This document shows positions 13,801 through 28,600 of a stretch of DNA of 64,000 nt, one piece after another. Under the pieces are notes generated by a model, which was not told where the DNA came from, did no database searches, and worked only from the letters and a program-made list of their open reading frames with translations. Location of the stretch: contig OZ059900.1 in NCBI GenBank assembly GCA_964057225.1, positions 23,622,001 through 23,686,000 on the forward strand. The letters are read 5' to 3'. A program made the position numbers and the translations under genes. Positions within the stretch are counted from its first letter, which is position 1, and every line of letters begins with the position of its first letter. Source of the stretch: Auanema rhodensis. Its lineage: Eukaryota; Animalia; Nematoda.

Positions 13801-14760
13801 CTTTATTACAATACGACTTAGTTTACTCAATTATATCAAGCTTCATGAACACGGACTGCTTGTGTAATATATAATAGCAATAATAGTTTCGTTTCTGTTT
13901 TTAATTAACTTTCCTGTACGCGAGTTATAATATTTAGAACGTGATTCCTTGATTATGAAAAATTTTTAGAGCCTGCACTGATAATATAACTGGAAACAGG
14001 CAGTACGCGATACGCAAATATTTGAATGACAGCTTTATTACAATACGACTTAGTTTACTCAATTATATCAAGCTTCATGAACACGGACTGCTTGTGTAAT
14101 ATATAATAGCAATAATAGTTTCGTTTCTGTTTTTAATTAACTTTCCTGTACGCGAGTTATAATATTTAGAACGTGATTCCTTGATTATGAAAAACTTTCA
14201 GAGCCTGCACTGATAATATAATTGGAAACAGGCAGTACGCAATACGCAAACATTTGAATGACAGCTTTATTACAATACGACTTAGTTTACTCAATTATAT
14301 CAAGCTTCATGAACACGGACTGCTTGTGTAATATATAATAGCAATAATAGTTTCGTTTCTGTTTTTAATTAACTTTCCTGTACGCGAGTTATAATATTTA
14401 GAACGTGATTCCTTGATTATGAAAAACTTTCAGAGCCTGCACTGATAATATAATTGGAAACAGGCAGTACGCAATACGCAAACATTTGAATGACAGCTTT
14501 ATTACAATACGACTTAGTTTACTCAATTATATCAAGCTTCATGAACACGGACTGTTTGTGCAATAGATGATAGCAATGATAATTTCGTTTCTTTTTTCAA
14601 TTAACTTTCCTGTACGCGAGTTATAATATTTAGAACGTGATTCCTTGATTATGAAAAACTTTCAGAGCCTGCACTGATAATATAATTGGAAACAGGCAGT
14701 ACGCAATACGCAAACATTTGAATGACAGCTTTATTACAATACGACTTAGTTTACTCAATC
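10870..14760 (+). repeat. 9-monomer tandem duplication, period 2088 bp (9x232)
   Basis: GATACGTA variant at 11231/13319 and GAGGTAT variant at 11605/13693. Confidence 0.9.
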
Positions 14761-15079
14761 ATACCAATCTTCATGAACACGGACTGTTTGTGTAATAGAT
14801 AATAGCAATAATAGTTTCGTTTCTGTTTTTAATTAACTTTCCTGTACGCGAGTTATAATATTTAGAACGTGATTCCTTGATTATGAAAAATTTTTAGAGC
14901 CTGCACTGATAATATAACTGGAAACAGGCAGTACGCGATACGCAAATATTTGAATGACAGCTTTATTACAATACGACTTAGTTTACTCAATCATACCAAT
15001 CTTCATGAACAGGGACTGTTTGTGTAATAGATGATAGCAATAATAGTTTCGTTTCTGTTTTTAATTAACTTTCCTGTAC

Positions 15080-18000
15080 GCGAGTTATCATATTTAGAAC
15101 GCGATTGCTTCATAATGAAAAATGTTTAGAGCCTGCACTGATAATATAACTGGAAACAGGCAGTACGCGATACGCAAATATTTGAATGACAGCTTTATTA
15201 CAATACGACTTAGTTTACTCAATTATATCAAGCTTCATGAACACGGACTGCTTGTGTAATATATAATAGCAATAATAGTTTCGTTTCTGTTTTTAATTAA
15301 CTTTCCTGTACGCGAGTTGTAATATTTAGAACGTGATTCCTTGATTATGAAAAACTTTCAGAGCCTGCACTGATAATATAATTGGAAACAGGCAGTACGC
15401 AATACGCAAACATTTGAATGACAGCTTTATTACAATACGACTTAGTTTACTCAATTATATCAAGCTTCATGAACACGGACTGCTTGTGTAATATATAATA
15501 GCAATAATAGTTTCGTTTCTGTTTTTAATTAACTTTCCTGTACGCGAGTTGTAATATTTAGAACGTGATTCCTTGATTATGAAAAACTTTCAGAGCCTGC
15601 ACTGATAATATAATTGGAAACAGGCAGTACGCAATACGCAAACATTTGAATGACAGCTTTAATACAATACAACTTAGCTTACTCAATCATATCAAGCTTC
15701 ATGAACAGGGACTGTTTGTGTAATAGATGATAGCAATGATAGTTTCGTTTCTTTTTTTAATTAACTTTCCAGTACGCGAGTTATCATATTTAGAAAGCGA
15801 TTGCTTCATAATGAAAAATATTTAGAGCCTGCACTGATAATATAACTGGCAACAGGCAATACGCAAACATTTGAATGACAGCTTTATTACAATACGACTT
15901 AGTTTACTCAATCATACCAATCTTCATGAACACGGACTGTTTGTGTAATAGATAATAGCAATAATAGTTTCGTTTCTGTTTTTAATTAACTTTCCTGTAC
16001 GCGAGTTATAATATTTAGAACGTGATTCCTTGATTATGAAAAATTTTTAGAGCCTGCACTGATAATATAACTGGAAACAGGCAGTACGCGATACGCAAAT
16101 ATTTGAATTACAGCTTTAATACAATACGACTTAGCTTACTCAATCATATCAAGCTTCATGAACAGGAACTGTTTGTGTAATAGATGATAGCAATGATAGT
16201 TTCGTTTCTTTTTTTAATTAACTTTCCAGTACGCGAGTTATCATATTTAGAAAGCGATTGCTTCATAATGAAAAATATTTAGAGCCTGCACTGATAATAT
16301 AACTGGCAACAGGCAATACGCAAACATTTGAATGACAGCTTTATTACAATACGACTTAGTTTACTCAATCATACCAATCTTCATGAACACGGACTGTTTG
16401 TGTAATAGATAATAGCAATAATAGTTTCGTTTCTGTTTTTAATTAACTTTCCTGTACGCGAGTTATAATATTTAGAACGTGATTCCTTGATTATGAAAAA
16501 TTTTTAGAGCCTGCACTGATAATATAACTGGAAACAGGCAGTACGCGATACGCAAATATTTGAATGACTGCTTCATTACAATACGACTTAGTTTACTCAA
16601 TTATATCAAGCTTCATGAACACGGACTGCTTGTGTAATATATAATAGCAATAATAGTTTCGTTTCTGTTTTTAATTAACTTTCCTGTACGCGAGTTATAA
16701 TATTTAGAACGTGATTCTTTGATTATGAAAAATTTTTAGAGCCTGCACTGATAATATAACTGAAAACAGGCAGTACGCGATACGTAAATATTTGAATGAC
16801 AGCTTTAATACAATACGACTTAGCTTACTCAATCATATCAAGCTTCATGAACAGGGACTGTTTGTGTAATAGATGATAGCAATGATAGTTTCGTTTCTTT
16901 TTTTAATTAACTTTCCAGTACGCGAGTTATAATATTTAGAACGTGATTTCTTGATTATGAAAAATTTTTAGAGCCTGCACTGATAATATAACTGGAAACA
17001 GGCAGTACGCGATACGCAAATATTTGAATGACAGCTTTAATACAATACGACTTAGCTTACTCAATCATATCAAGCTTCATGAACAGGGACTGTTTGTGTA
17101 ATAGATGATAGCAATGATAGTTTCGTTTCTTTTTTTAAGTAACTTTCCAGTACGCGAGTTATCATATTTAGAACGCGATTGCTTCATAATGAAAAATGTT
17201 TAGAGCCTGCACTGATAATATAACTGGCAACAGGCAGTACGCAAACATTTGAATGACAGCTTTATTACAATACGACTTAGTTTACTCAATCATATCAAGC
17301 TTCATGAACACGGACTGTTTGTGCAATAGATGATAGCAATGATAGTTTCGTTTCTTTTTTTAATTAACTTTCCAGTACGCGAGGTATAATATTTAGAACG
17401 CGATTCCTTGATAATGAAAAACTTTCAGAGCCTGCACTGATAATATAATTGGAAACAGGCAGTACGCAATACGCAAACATTTGAATGACAGCTTTATTAC
17501 AATACGACTTAGTTTACTCAATTATATCAAGCTTCATGAACACGGACTGCTTGTGTAATATATAATAGCAATAATAGTTTCGTTTCTGTTTTTAATTAAC
17601 TTTCCTGTACGCGAGTTATAATATTTAGAACGTGATTCCTTGATTATGAAAAATTTTTAGAGCCTGCACTGATAATATAACTGGAAACAGGCAGTACGCG
17701 ATACGCAAATATTTGAATGACAGCTTTATTACAATACGACTTAGTTTACTCAATTATATCAAGCTTCATGAACACGGACTGCTTGTGTAATATATAATAG
17801 CAATAATAGTTTCGTTTCTGTTTTTAATTAACTTTCCTGTACGCGAGTTATAATATTTAGAACGTGATTCCTTGATTATGAAAAACTTTCAGAGCCTGCA
17901 CTGATAATATAATTGGAAACAGGCAGTACGCAATACGCAAACATTTGAATGACAGCTTTATTACAATACGACTTAGTTTACTCAATTATATCAAGCTTCA

Positions 18001-18680
18001 TGAACACGGACTGCTTGTGTAATATATAATAGCAATAATAGTTTCGTTTCTGTTTTTAATTAACTTTCCTGTACGCGAGTTATAATATTTAGAACGTGAT
18101 TCCTTGATTATGAAAAACTTTCAGAGCCTGCACTGATAATATAATTGGAAACAGGCAGTACGCAATACGCAAACATTTGAATGACAGCTTTATTACAATA
18201 CGACTTAGTTTACTCAATTATATCAAGCTTCATGAACACGGACTGTTTGTGCAATAGATGATAGCAATGATAATTTCGTTTCTTTTTTCAATTAACTTTC
18301 CTGTACGCGAGTTATAATATTTAGAACGTGATTCCTTGATTATGAAAAACTTTCAGAGCCTGCACTGATAATATAATTGGAAACAGGCAGTACGCAATAC
18401 GCAAACATTTGAATGACAGCTTTATTACAATACGACTTAGTTTACTCAATTATATCAAGCTTCATGAACACGGACTGCTTGTGTAATATATAATAGCAAT
18501 AATAGTTTCGTTTCTGTTTTTAATTAACTTTCCTGTACGCGAGTTATAATATTTAGAACGTGATTCCTTGATTATGAAAAACTTTCAGAGCCTGCACTGA
18601 TAATATAATTGGAAACAGGCAGTACGCAATACGCAAACATTTGAATGACAGCTTTATTACAATACGACTTAGTTTACTCA
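15080..18680 (+). repeat. Non-adjacent copy of ~2830-6430 (offset 12247 bp)
   Basis: Five markers at identical offset: 3423/15670, 3913/16160, 4538/16785, 4892/17139, 5137/17384. Confidence 0.9.
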
Positions 18681-18729
18681 ATCATACCAATCTTCATGAA
18701 CACGGACTGTTTGTGTAATAGATAATAGC

Positions 18730-21700
18730 AATAATAGTTTCGTTTCTGTTTTTAATTAACTTTCCTGTACGCGAGTTATAATATTTAGAACGTGATTCCT
18801 TGATTATGAAAAATTTTTAGAGCCTGCACTGATAATATAACTGGAAACAGGCAGTACGCGATACGCAAATATTTGAATGACAGCTTTATTACAATACGAC
18901 TTAGTTTACTCAATCATACCAATCTTCATGAACAGGGACTGTTTGTGTAATAGATGATAGCAATAATAGTTTCGTTTCTGTTTTTAATTAACTTTCCTGT
19001 ACGCGAGTTATCATATTTAGAACGCGATTGCTTCATAATGAAAAATGTTTAGAGCCTGCACTGATAATATAACTGGCAACAGGCAATACGCAAACATTTG
19101 AATGACAGCTTTATTACAATACGACTTAGTTTACTCAATTATATCAAGCTTCATGAACACGGACTGCTTGTGTAATATATAATAGCAATAATAGTTTCGT
19201 TTCTGTTTTTAATTAACTTTCCTGTACGCGAGTTATAATATTTAGAACGTGATTCCTTGATTATGAAAAACTTTCAGAGCCTGCACTGATAATATAATTG
19301 GAAACAGGCAGTACGCAATACGCAAACATTTGAATGACAGCTTTAATACAATACGACTTAGCTTACTCAATCATATCAAGCTTCATGAACAGGGACTGTT
19401 TGTGTAATAGATGATAGCAATGATAGTTTCGTTTCTGTTTTTAATTAACTTTCCTGTACGCGAGTTATAATATTTAGAACGTGATTCCTTGATTATGAAA
19501 AACTTTCAGAGCCTGCACTGATAATATAATTGGAAACAGGCAGTACGCAATACGCAAACATTTGAATGACAGCTTTAATACAATACGACTTAGCTTACTC
19601 AATCATATCAAGCTTCATGAACAGGGACTGTTTGTGTAATAGATGATAGCAATGATAGTTTCGTTTCTTTTTTTAATTAACTTTCCAGTACGCGAGTTAT
19701 CATATTTAGAACGCGATTGCTTCATAATGAAAAATGTTTAGAGCCTGCACTGATAATATAACTGGAAACAGGCAGTACGCGATACGCAAATATTTGAATG
19801 ACAGCTTTATTACAATACGACTTAGTTTACTCAATTATATCAAGCTTCATGAACACGGACTGCTTGTGTAATATATAATAGCAATAATAGTTTCGTTTCT
19901 GTTTTTAATTAACTTTCCTGTACGCGAGTTATAATATTTAGAACGTGATTCCTTGATTATGAAAAACTTTCAGAGCCTGCACTGATAATATAATTGGAAA
20001 CAGGCAGTACGCAATACGCAAACATTTGAATGACAGCTTTATTACAATACGACTTAGTTTACTCAATTATATCAAGCTTCATGAACACGGACTGCTTGTG
20101 TAATATATAATAGCAATAATAGTTTCGTTTCTGTTTTTAATTAACTTTCCTGTACGCGAGCTATAATATTTAGAACGTGATTCCTTGATTATGAAAAACT
20201 TTCAGAGCCTGCACTGATAATATAATTGTAAACAGGCAGTACGCAAACATTTGAATGACAGCTTTATTACAATACGACTTAGTTTACTCAATTATATCAA
20301 GCTTCATGAACACGGACTGCTTGTGTAATATATAATAGCAATAATAGTTTCGTTTCTGTTTTTAATTAACTTTCCTGTACGCGAGTTATAATATTTAGAA
20401 CGTGATTCCTTGATTATGAAAAACTTTCAGAGCCTGCACTGATAATATAATTGTAAACAGGCAGTACGCAAACATTTGAATGACAGCTTTATTACAATAC
20501 GACTTAGTTTACTCAATTATATCAAGCTTCATGAACACGGACTGCTTGTGTAATATATAATAGCAATAATAGTTTCGTTTCTGTTTTTAATTAACTTTCC
20601 TGTACGCGAGTTATAATATTTAGAACGTGATTCCTTGATTATGAAAAACTTTCAGAGCCTGCACTGATAATATAATTGGAAACAGGCAGTACGCAATACG
20701 CAAACATTTGAATGACAGCTTTAATACAATACGACTTAGCTTACTCAATCATATCAAGCTTCATGAACAGGGACTGTTTGTGTAATATATAATAGCAATA
20801 ATAGTTTCGTTTCTGTTTTTAATTAACTTTCCTGTACGCGAGTTATAATATTTAGAACGTGATTCCTTGATTATGAAAAACTTTCAGAGCCTGCACTGAT
20901 AATATAATTGGAAACAGGCAGTACGCAAACATTTGAATGACAGCTTTATTACAATACGACTTAGTTTACTCAATTATATCAAGCTTCATGAACACGGACT
21001 GCTTGTGTAATATATAATAGCAATAATAGTTTCGTTTCTGTTTTTAATTAACTTTCCTGTACGCGAGTTATAATATTTAGAACGTGATTCCTTGATTATG
21101 AAAAACTTTCAGAGCCTGCACTGATAATATAATTGGAAACAGGCAGTACGCAATACGCAAACATTTGAATGACAGCTTTATTACAATACGACTTAGTTTA
21201 CTCAATTATATCAAGCTTCATGAACACGGACTGCTTGTGTAATATATAATAGCAATAATAGTTTCGTTTCTGTTTTTAATTAACTTTCCTGTACGCGAGT
21301 TATAATATTTAGAACGTGATTCCTTGATTATGAAAAATTTTTAGAGCCTGCACTGATAATATAACTGGAAACAGGCAGTACGCGATACGCAAATATTTGA
21401 ATGACAGCTTTATTACAATACGACTTAGTTTACTCAATCATACCAATCTTCATGAACAGGGACTGTTTGTGTAATAGATGATAGCAATAATAGTTTCGTT
21501 TCTGTTTTTAATTAACTTTCCTGTACGCGAGTTATCATATTTAGAACGCGATTGCTTCATAATGAAAAATGTTTAGAGCCTGCACTGATAATATAACTGG
21601 CAACAGGCAATACGCAAACATTTGAATGACAGCTTTATTACAATACGACTTAGTTTACTCAATTATATCAAGCTTCATGAACACGGACTGCTTGTGTAAT

Positions 21701-22680
21701 ATATAATAGCAATAATAGTTTCGTTTCTGTTTTTAATTAACTTTCCTGTACGCGAGTTATAATATTTAGAACGTGATTCCTTGATTATGAAAAACTTTCA
21801 GAGCCTGCACTGATAATATAATTGGAAACAGGCAGTACGCAATACGCAAACATTTGAATGACAGCTTTAATACAATACGACTTAGCTTACTCAATCATAT
21901 CAAGCTTCATGAACAGGGACTGTTTGTGTAATAGATGATAGCAATGATAGTTTCGTTTCTGTTTTTAATTAACTTTCCTGTACGCGAGTTATAATATTTA
22001 GAACGTGATTCCTTGATTATGAAAAACTTTCAGAGCCTGCACTGATAATATAATTGGAAACAGGCAGTACGCAATACGCAAACATTTGAATGACAGCTTT
22101 AATACAATACGACTTAGCTTACTCAATCATATCAAGCTTCATGAACAGGGACTGTTTGTGTAATAGATGATAGCAATGATAGTTTCGTTTCTTTTTTTAA
22201 TTAACTTTCCAGTACGCGAGTTATCATATTTAGAACGCGATTGCTTCATAATGAAAAATGTTTAGAGCCTGCACTGATAATATAACTGGAAACAGGCAGT
22301 ACGCGATACGCAAATATTTGAATGACAGCTTTATTACAATACGACTTAGTTTACTCAATTATATCAAGCTTCATGAACACGGACTGCTTGTGTAATATAT
22401 AATAGCAATAATAGTTTCGTTTCTGTTTTTAATTAACTTTCCTGTACGCGAGTTATAATATTTAGAACGTGATTCCTTGATTATGAAAAACTTTCAGAGC
22501 CTGCACTGATAATATAATTGGAAACAGGCAGTACGCAATACGCAAACATTTGAATGACAGCTTTATTACAATACGACTTAGTTTACTCAATTATATCAAG
22601 CTTCATGAACACGGACTGCTTGTGTAATATATAATAGCAATAATAGTTTCGTTTCTGTTTTTAATTAACTTTCCTGTACG
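18730..22680 (+). repeat. Partial 11-monomer-period duplication (offset 2524 bp)
   Basis: The ACCAATCTTCATGAACAGGG junction precedes monomers at 18941 and 21465, followed by the same monomer order for about 5 units. Confidence 0.8.
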
Positions 22681-25600
22681 CGAGTTGTAATATTTAGAAC
22701 GTGATTCCTTGATTATGAAAAACTTTCAGAGCCTGCACTGATAATATAATTGGAAACAGGCAGTACGCAATACGCAAACATTTGAATGACAGCTTTAATA
22801 CAATACGACTTAGCTTACTCAATCATATCAAGCTTCATGAACAGGGACTGTTTGTGTAATAGATGATAGCAATGATAGTTTCGTTTCTTTTTTTAATTAA
22901 CTTTCCAGTACGCGAGTTATCATATTTAGAAAGCGATTGCTTCATAATGAAAAATATTTAGAGCCTGCACTGATAATATAACTGGAAACAGGCAGTACGC
23001 GATACGCAAACATTTGAATGACAGCTTTATTACAATACGACTTAGTTTACTCAATCATACCAATCTTCATGAACACGGACTGTTTGTGTAATAGATAATA
23101 GCAATAATAGTTTCGTTTCTGTTTTTAATTAACTTTCCTGTACGCGAGTTATAATATTTAGAACGTGATTCCTTGATTATGAAAAATTTTTAGAGCCTGC
23201 ACTGATAATATAACTGGAAACAGGCAGTACGCGATACGCAAATATTTGAATTACAGCTTTAATACAATACGACTTAGCTTACTCAATCATATCAAGCTTC
23301 ATGAACAGGAACTGTTTGTGTAATAGATGATAGCAATGATAGTTTCGTTTTTTTTTTAATTAACTTTCCAGTACGCGAGTTATAATATTTAGAACGTGAT
23401 TTCTTGATTATGAAAAATTTTTAGAGCCTGCACTGATAATATAACTGGAAACAGGCAGTACGCGATACGCAAATATTTGAATGACAGCTTTAATACAATA
23501 CGACTTAGCTTACTCAATCATATCAAGCTTCATGAACAGGGACTGTTTGTGTAATAGATGATAGCAATGATAGTTTCGTTTCTTTTTTTAAGTAACTTTC
23601 CTGTACGCGAGTTATAATATTTAGAACGTGATTCCTTGATTATAAAAACTTTCAGAGCCTGCACTGATAATATAATTGGAAACAGGCAGTACGCAATACG
23701 CAAACAGTTGAATGACAGCTTTATTACAATACGACTTAGTTTACTCAATCATATCAAGCTTCATGAACACGGACTGTTTGTGCAATAGATGATAGCAATG
23801 ATAGTTTCGTTTCTTTTTTTAATTAACTTTCCAGTACGCGAGGTATAATATTTAGAACGCGATTCCTTGATAATGAAAAACTTTCAGAGCCTGCACTGAT
23901 AATATAATTGGAAACAGGCAGTACGCAATACGCAAACATTTGAATGACAGCTTTATTACAATACGACTTAGTTTACTCAATTATATCAAGCTTCATGAAC
24001 ACGGACTGCTTGTGTAATATATAATAGCAATAATAGTTTCGTTTCTTTTTTTAATTAACTTTCCAGTACGCGAGTTATCATATTTAGAAAGCGATTGCTT
24101 CATAATGAAAAATATTTAGAGCCTGCACTGATAATATAACTGGCAACAGGCAATACGCAAACATTTGAATGACAGCTTTATTACAATACGACTTAGTTTA
24201 CTCAATCATACCAATCTTCATGAACACGGACTGTTTGTGTAATAGATAATAGCAATAATAGTTTCGTTTCTGTTTTTAATTAACTTTCCTGTACGCGAGT
24301 TATAATATTTAGAACGTGATTCCTTGATTATGAAAAATTTTTAGAGCCTGCACTGATAATATAACTGGAAACAGGCAGTACGCGATACGCAAATATTTGA
24401 ATGACTGCTTTATTACAATACGACTTAGTTTACTCAATTATATCAAGCTTCATGAACACGGACTGCTTGTGTAATATATAATAGCAATAATAGTTTCGTT
24501 TCTGTTTTTAATTAACTTTCCTGTACGCGAGTTATAATATTTAGAACGTGATTCTTTGATTATGAAAAATTTTTAGAGCCTGCACTGATAATATAACTGG
24601 AAACAGGCAGTACGCGATACGCAAATATTTGAATGACTGCTTTATTACAATACGACTTAGCTTACTCAATCATATCAAGCTTCATGAACAGGGACTGTTT
24701 GTGTAATAGATGATAGCAATGATAGTTTCGTTTCTTTTTTTAATTAACTTTCCAGTACGCGAGTTATAATATTTAGAACGTGATTTCTTGATTATGAAAA
24801 ATTTTTAGAGCCTGCACTGATAATATAACTGGAAACAGGCAGTACGCGATACGCAAATATTTGAATGACAGCTTTAATACAATACGACTCAGCTTACTCA
24901 ATCATATCAAGCTTCATGAACACGGACTGCTTGTGTAATATATAATAGCAATAATAGTTTCGTTTCTTTTTTTAATTAACTTTCCAGTACGCGAGTTATC
25001 ATATTTAGAACGCGATTGCTTCATAATGAAAAATGTTTAGAGCCTGCACTGATAATATAACTGGAAACAGGCAGTACGCGATACGCAAATATTTGAATGA
25101 CAGCTTTAATACAATACGACTTAGCTTACTCAATCATATCAAGCTTCATGAACAGGGACTGTTTGTGTAATAGATGATAGCAATGATAGTTTCGTTTCTT
25201 TTTTTAAGTAACTTTCCAGTACGCGAGTTATCATATTTAGAACGCGATTGCTTCATAATGAAAAATGTTTAGAGCCTGCACTGATAATATAACTGGCAAC
25301 AGGCAGTACGCAAACATTTGAATGACAGCTTTATTACAATACGACTTAGTTTACTCAATCATATCAAGCTTCATGAACACGGACTGTTTGTGCAATAGAT
25401 GATAGCAATGATAGTTTCGTTTCTTTTTTTAATTAACTTTCCAGTACGCGAGGTATAATATTTAGAACGCGATTCCTTGATAATGAAAAACTTTCAGAGC
25501 CTGCACTGATAATATAATTGGAAACAGGCAGTACGCAATACGCAAACATTTGAATGACAGCTTTATTACAATACGACTTAGTTTACTCAATTATATCAAG

Positions 25601-28600
25601 CTTCATGAACACGGACTGCTTGTGTAATATATAATAGCAATAATAGTTTCGTTTCTGTTTTTAATTAACTTTCCTGTACGCGAGTTATAATATTTAGAAC
25701 GTGATTCCTTGATTATGAAAAATTTTTAGAGCCTGCACTGATAATATAACTGGAAACAGGCAGTACGCGATACGCAAATATTTGAATGACAGCTTTATTA
25801 CAATACGACTTAGTTTACTCAATTATATCAAGCTTCATGAACACGGACTGCTTGTGTAATATATAATAGCAATAATAGTTTCGTTTCTGTTTTTAATTAA
25901 CTTTCCTGTACGCGAGTTATAATATTTAGAACGTGATTCCTTGATTATGAAAAACTTTCAGAGCCTGCACTGATAATATAATTGGAAACAGGCAGTACGC
26001 AATACGCAAACATTTGAATGACAGCTTTATTACAATACGACTTAGTTTACTCAATTATATCAAGCTTCATGAACACGGACTGCTTGTGTAATATATAATA
26101 GCAATAATAGTTTCGTTTCTGTTTTTAATTAACTTTCCTGTACGCGAGTTATAATATTTAGAACGTGATTCCTTGATTATGAAAAACTTTCAGAGCCTGC
26201 ACTGATAATATAATTGGAAACAGGCAGTACGCAATACGCAAACATTTGAATGACAGCTTTATTACAATACGACTTAGTTTACTCAATTATATCAAGCTTC
26301 ATGAACACGGACTGTTTGTGCAATAGATGATAGCAATGATAATTTCGTTTCTTTTTTCAATTAACTTTCCTGTACGCGAGTTATAATATTTAGAACGTGA
26401 TTCCTTGATTATGAAAAACTTTCAGAGCCTGCACTGATAATATAATTGGAAACAGGCAGTACGCAATACGCAAACATTTGAATGACAGCTTTATTACAAT
26501 ACGACTTAGTTTACTCAATTATATCAAGCTTCATGAACACGGACTGCTTGTGTAATATATAATAGCAATAATAGTTTCGTTTCTGTTTTTAATTAACTTT
26601 CCTGTACGCGAGTTATAATATTTAGAACGTGATTCCTTGATTATGAAAAACTTTCAGAGCCTGCACTGATAATATAATTGGAAACAGGCAGTACGCAATA
26701 CGCAAACATTTGAATGACAGCTTTATTACAATACGACTTAGTTTACTCAATTATATCAAGCTTCATGAACACGGACTGCTTGTGTAATATATAATAGCAA
26801 TAATAGTTTCGTTTCTGTTTTTAATTAACTTTCCTGTACGCGAGTTATAATATTTAGAACGTGATTCTTTGATTATGAAAAACTTTCAGAGCCTGCACTG
26901 ATAATATAATTGGAAACAGGCAGTACGCAATACGCAAACATTTGAATGACAGCTTTATTACAATACGACTTAGTTTACTCAATTATATCAAGCTTCATGA
27001 ACACGGACTGCTTGTGTAATATATAATAGCAATAATAGTTTCGTTTCTGTTTTTAATTAACTTTCCTGTACGCGAGTTATAATATTTAGAACGTGATTCC
27101 TTGATTATGAAAAACTTTCAGAGCCTGCACTGATAATATAATTGGAAACAGGCAGTACGCAATACGCAAACATTTGAATGACAGCTTTATTACAATACGA
27201 CTTAGTTTACTCAATCATACCAATCTTCATGAACACGGACTGTTTGTGTAATAGATAATAGCAATAATAGTTTCGTTTCTGTTTTTAATTAACTTTCCTG
27301 TACGCGAGTTATAATATTTAGAACGTGATTCCTTGATTATGAAAAATTTTTAGAGCCTGCACTGATAATATAACTGGAAACAGGCAGTACGCGATACGCA
27401 AATATTTGAATGACAGCTTTATTACAATACGACTTAGTTTACTCAATCATACCAATCTTCATGAACAGGGACTGTTTGTGTAATAGATGATAGCAATAAT
27501 AGTTTCGCTTCTGTTTTTAATTAACTTTCCTGTACGCGAGTTATCATATTTAGAACGCGATTGCTTCATAATGAAAAATGTTTAGAGCCTGCACTGATAA
27601 TATAACTGGCAACAGGCAATACGCAAACATTTGAATGACAGCTTTATTACAATACGACTTAGTTTACTCAATCATACCAATCTTCATGAACACCGACTGC
27701 TTGTGTAATATATAATAGCAATAATAGTTTCGTTTCTGTTTTTAATTAACTTTCCTGTACGCGAGTTATAATATTTAGAACGTGATTCCTTGATTATGAA
27801 AAACTTTCAGAGCCTGCACTGATAATATAATTGGAAACAGGCAGTACGCAATACGCAAACATTTGAATGACAGCTTTATTACAATACGACTTAGTTTACT
27901 CAATTATATCAAGCTTCATGAACACGGACTGCTTGTGTAATATATAATAGCAATAATAGTTTCGTTTCTGTTTTTAATTAACTTTCCTGTACGCGAGTTA
28001 TAATATTTAGAACGTGATTCTTTGATTATGAAAAACTTTCAGAGCCTGCACTGATAATATAATTGGAAACAAGCAGTACGCAATACGCAAACATTTGAAT
28101 GACAGCTTTATTACAATACGACTTAGTTTACTCAATTATATCAAGCTTCATGAACACGGACTGCTTGTGTAATATATAATAGCAATAATAGTTTCGTTTC
28201 TGTTTTTAATTAACTTTCCTGTACGCGAGTTATAATATTTAGAACGTGATTCCTTGATTATGAAAAACTTTCAGAGCCTGCACTGATAATATAATTGGAA
28301 ACAGGCAGTACGCAATACGCAAACATTTGAATGACAGCTTTATTACAATACGACTTAGTTTACTCAATCATACCAATCTTCATGAACACGGACTGTTTGT
28401 GTAATAGATAATAGCAATAATAGTTTCGTTTCTGTTTTTAATTAACTTTCCTGTACGCGAGTTATAATATTTAGAACGTGATTCCTTGATTATGAAAAAT
28501 TTTTAGAGCCTGCACTGATAATATAACTGGAAACAGGCAGTACGCAATACGCAAACATTTGAATGACAGCTTTATTACAATACGACTTAGTTTACTCAAT

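Noticed and set aside
23530-23748. 72-aa minus-strand ORF (MSKLSRIVIK...)
   Set aside because: Lies entirely within satellite sequence, starts with TTG immediately after an in-frame TGA, exists only because of a 1-bp deletion in one of ~278 copies, and resembles no protein family I recognise.
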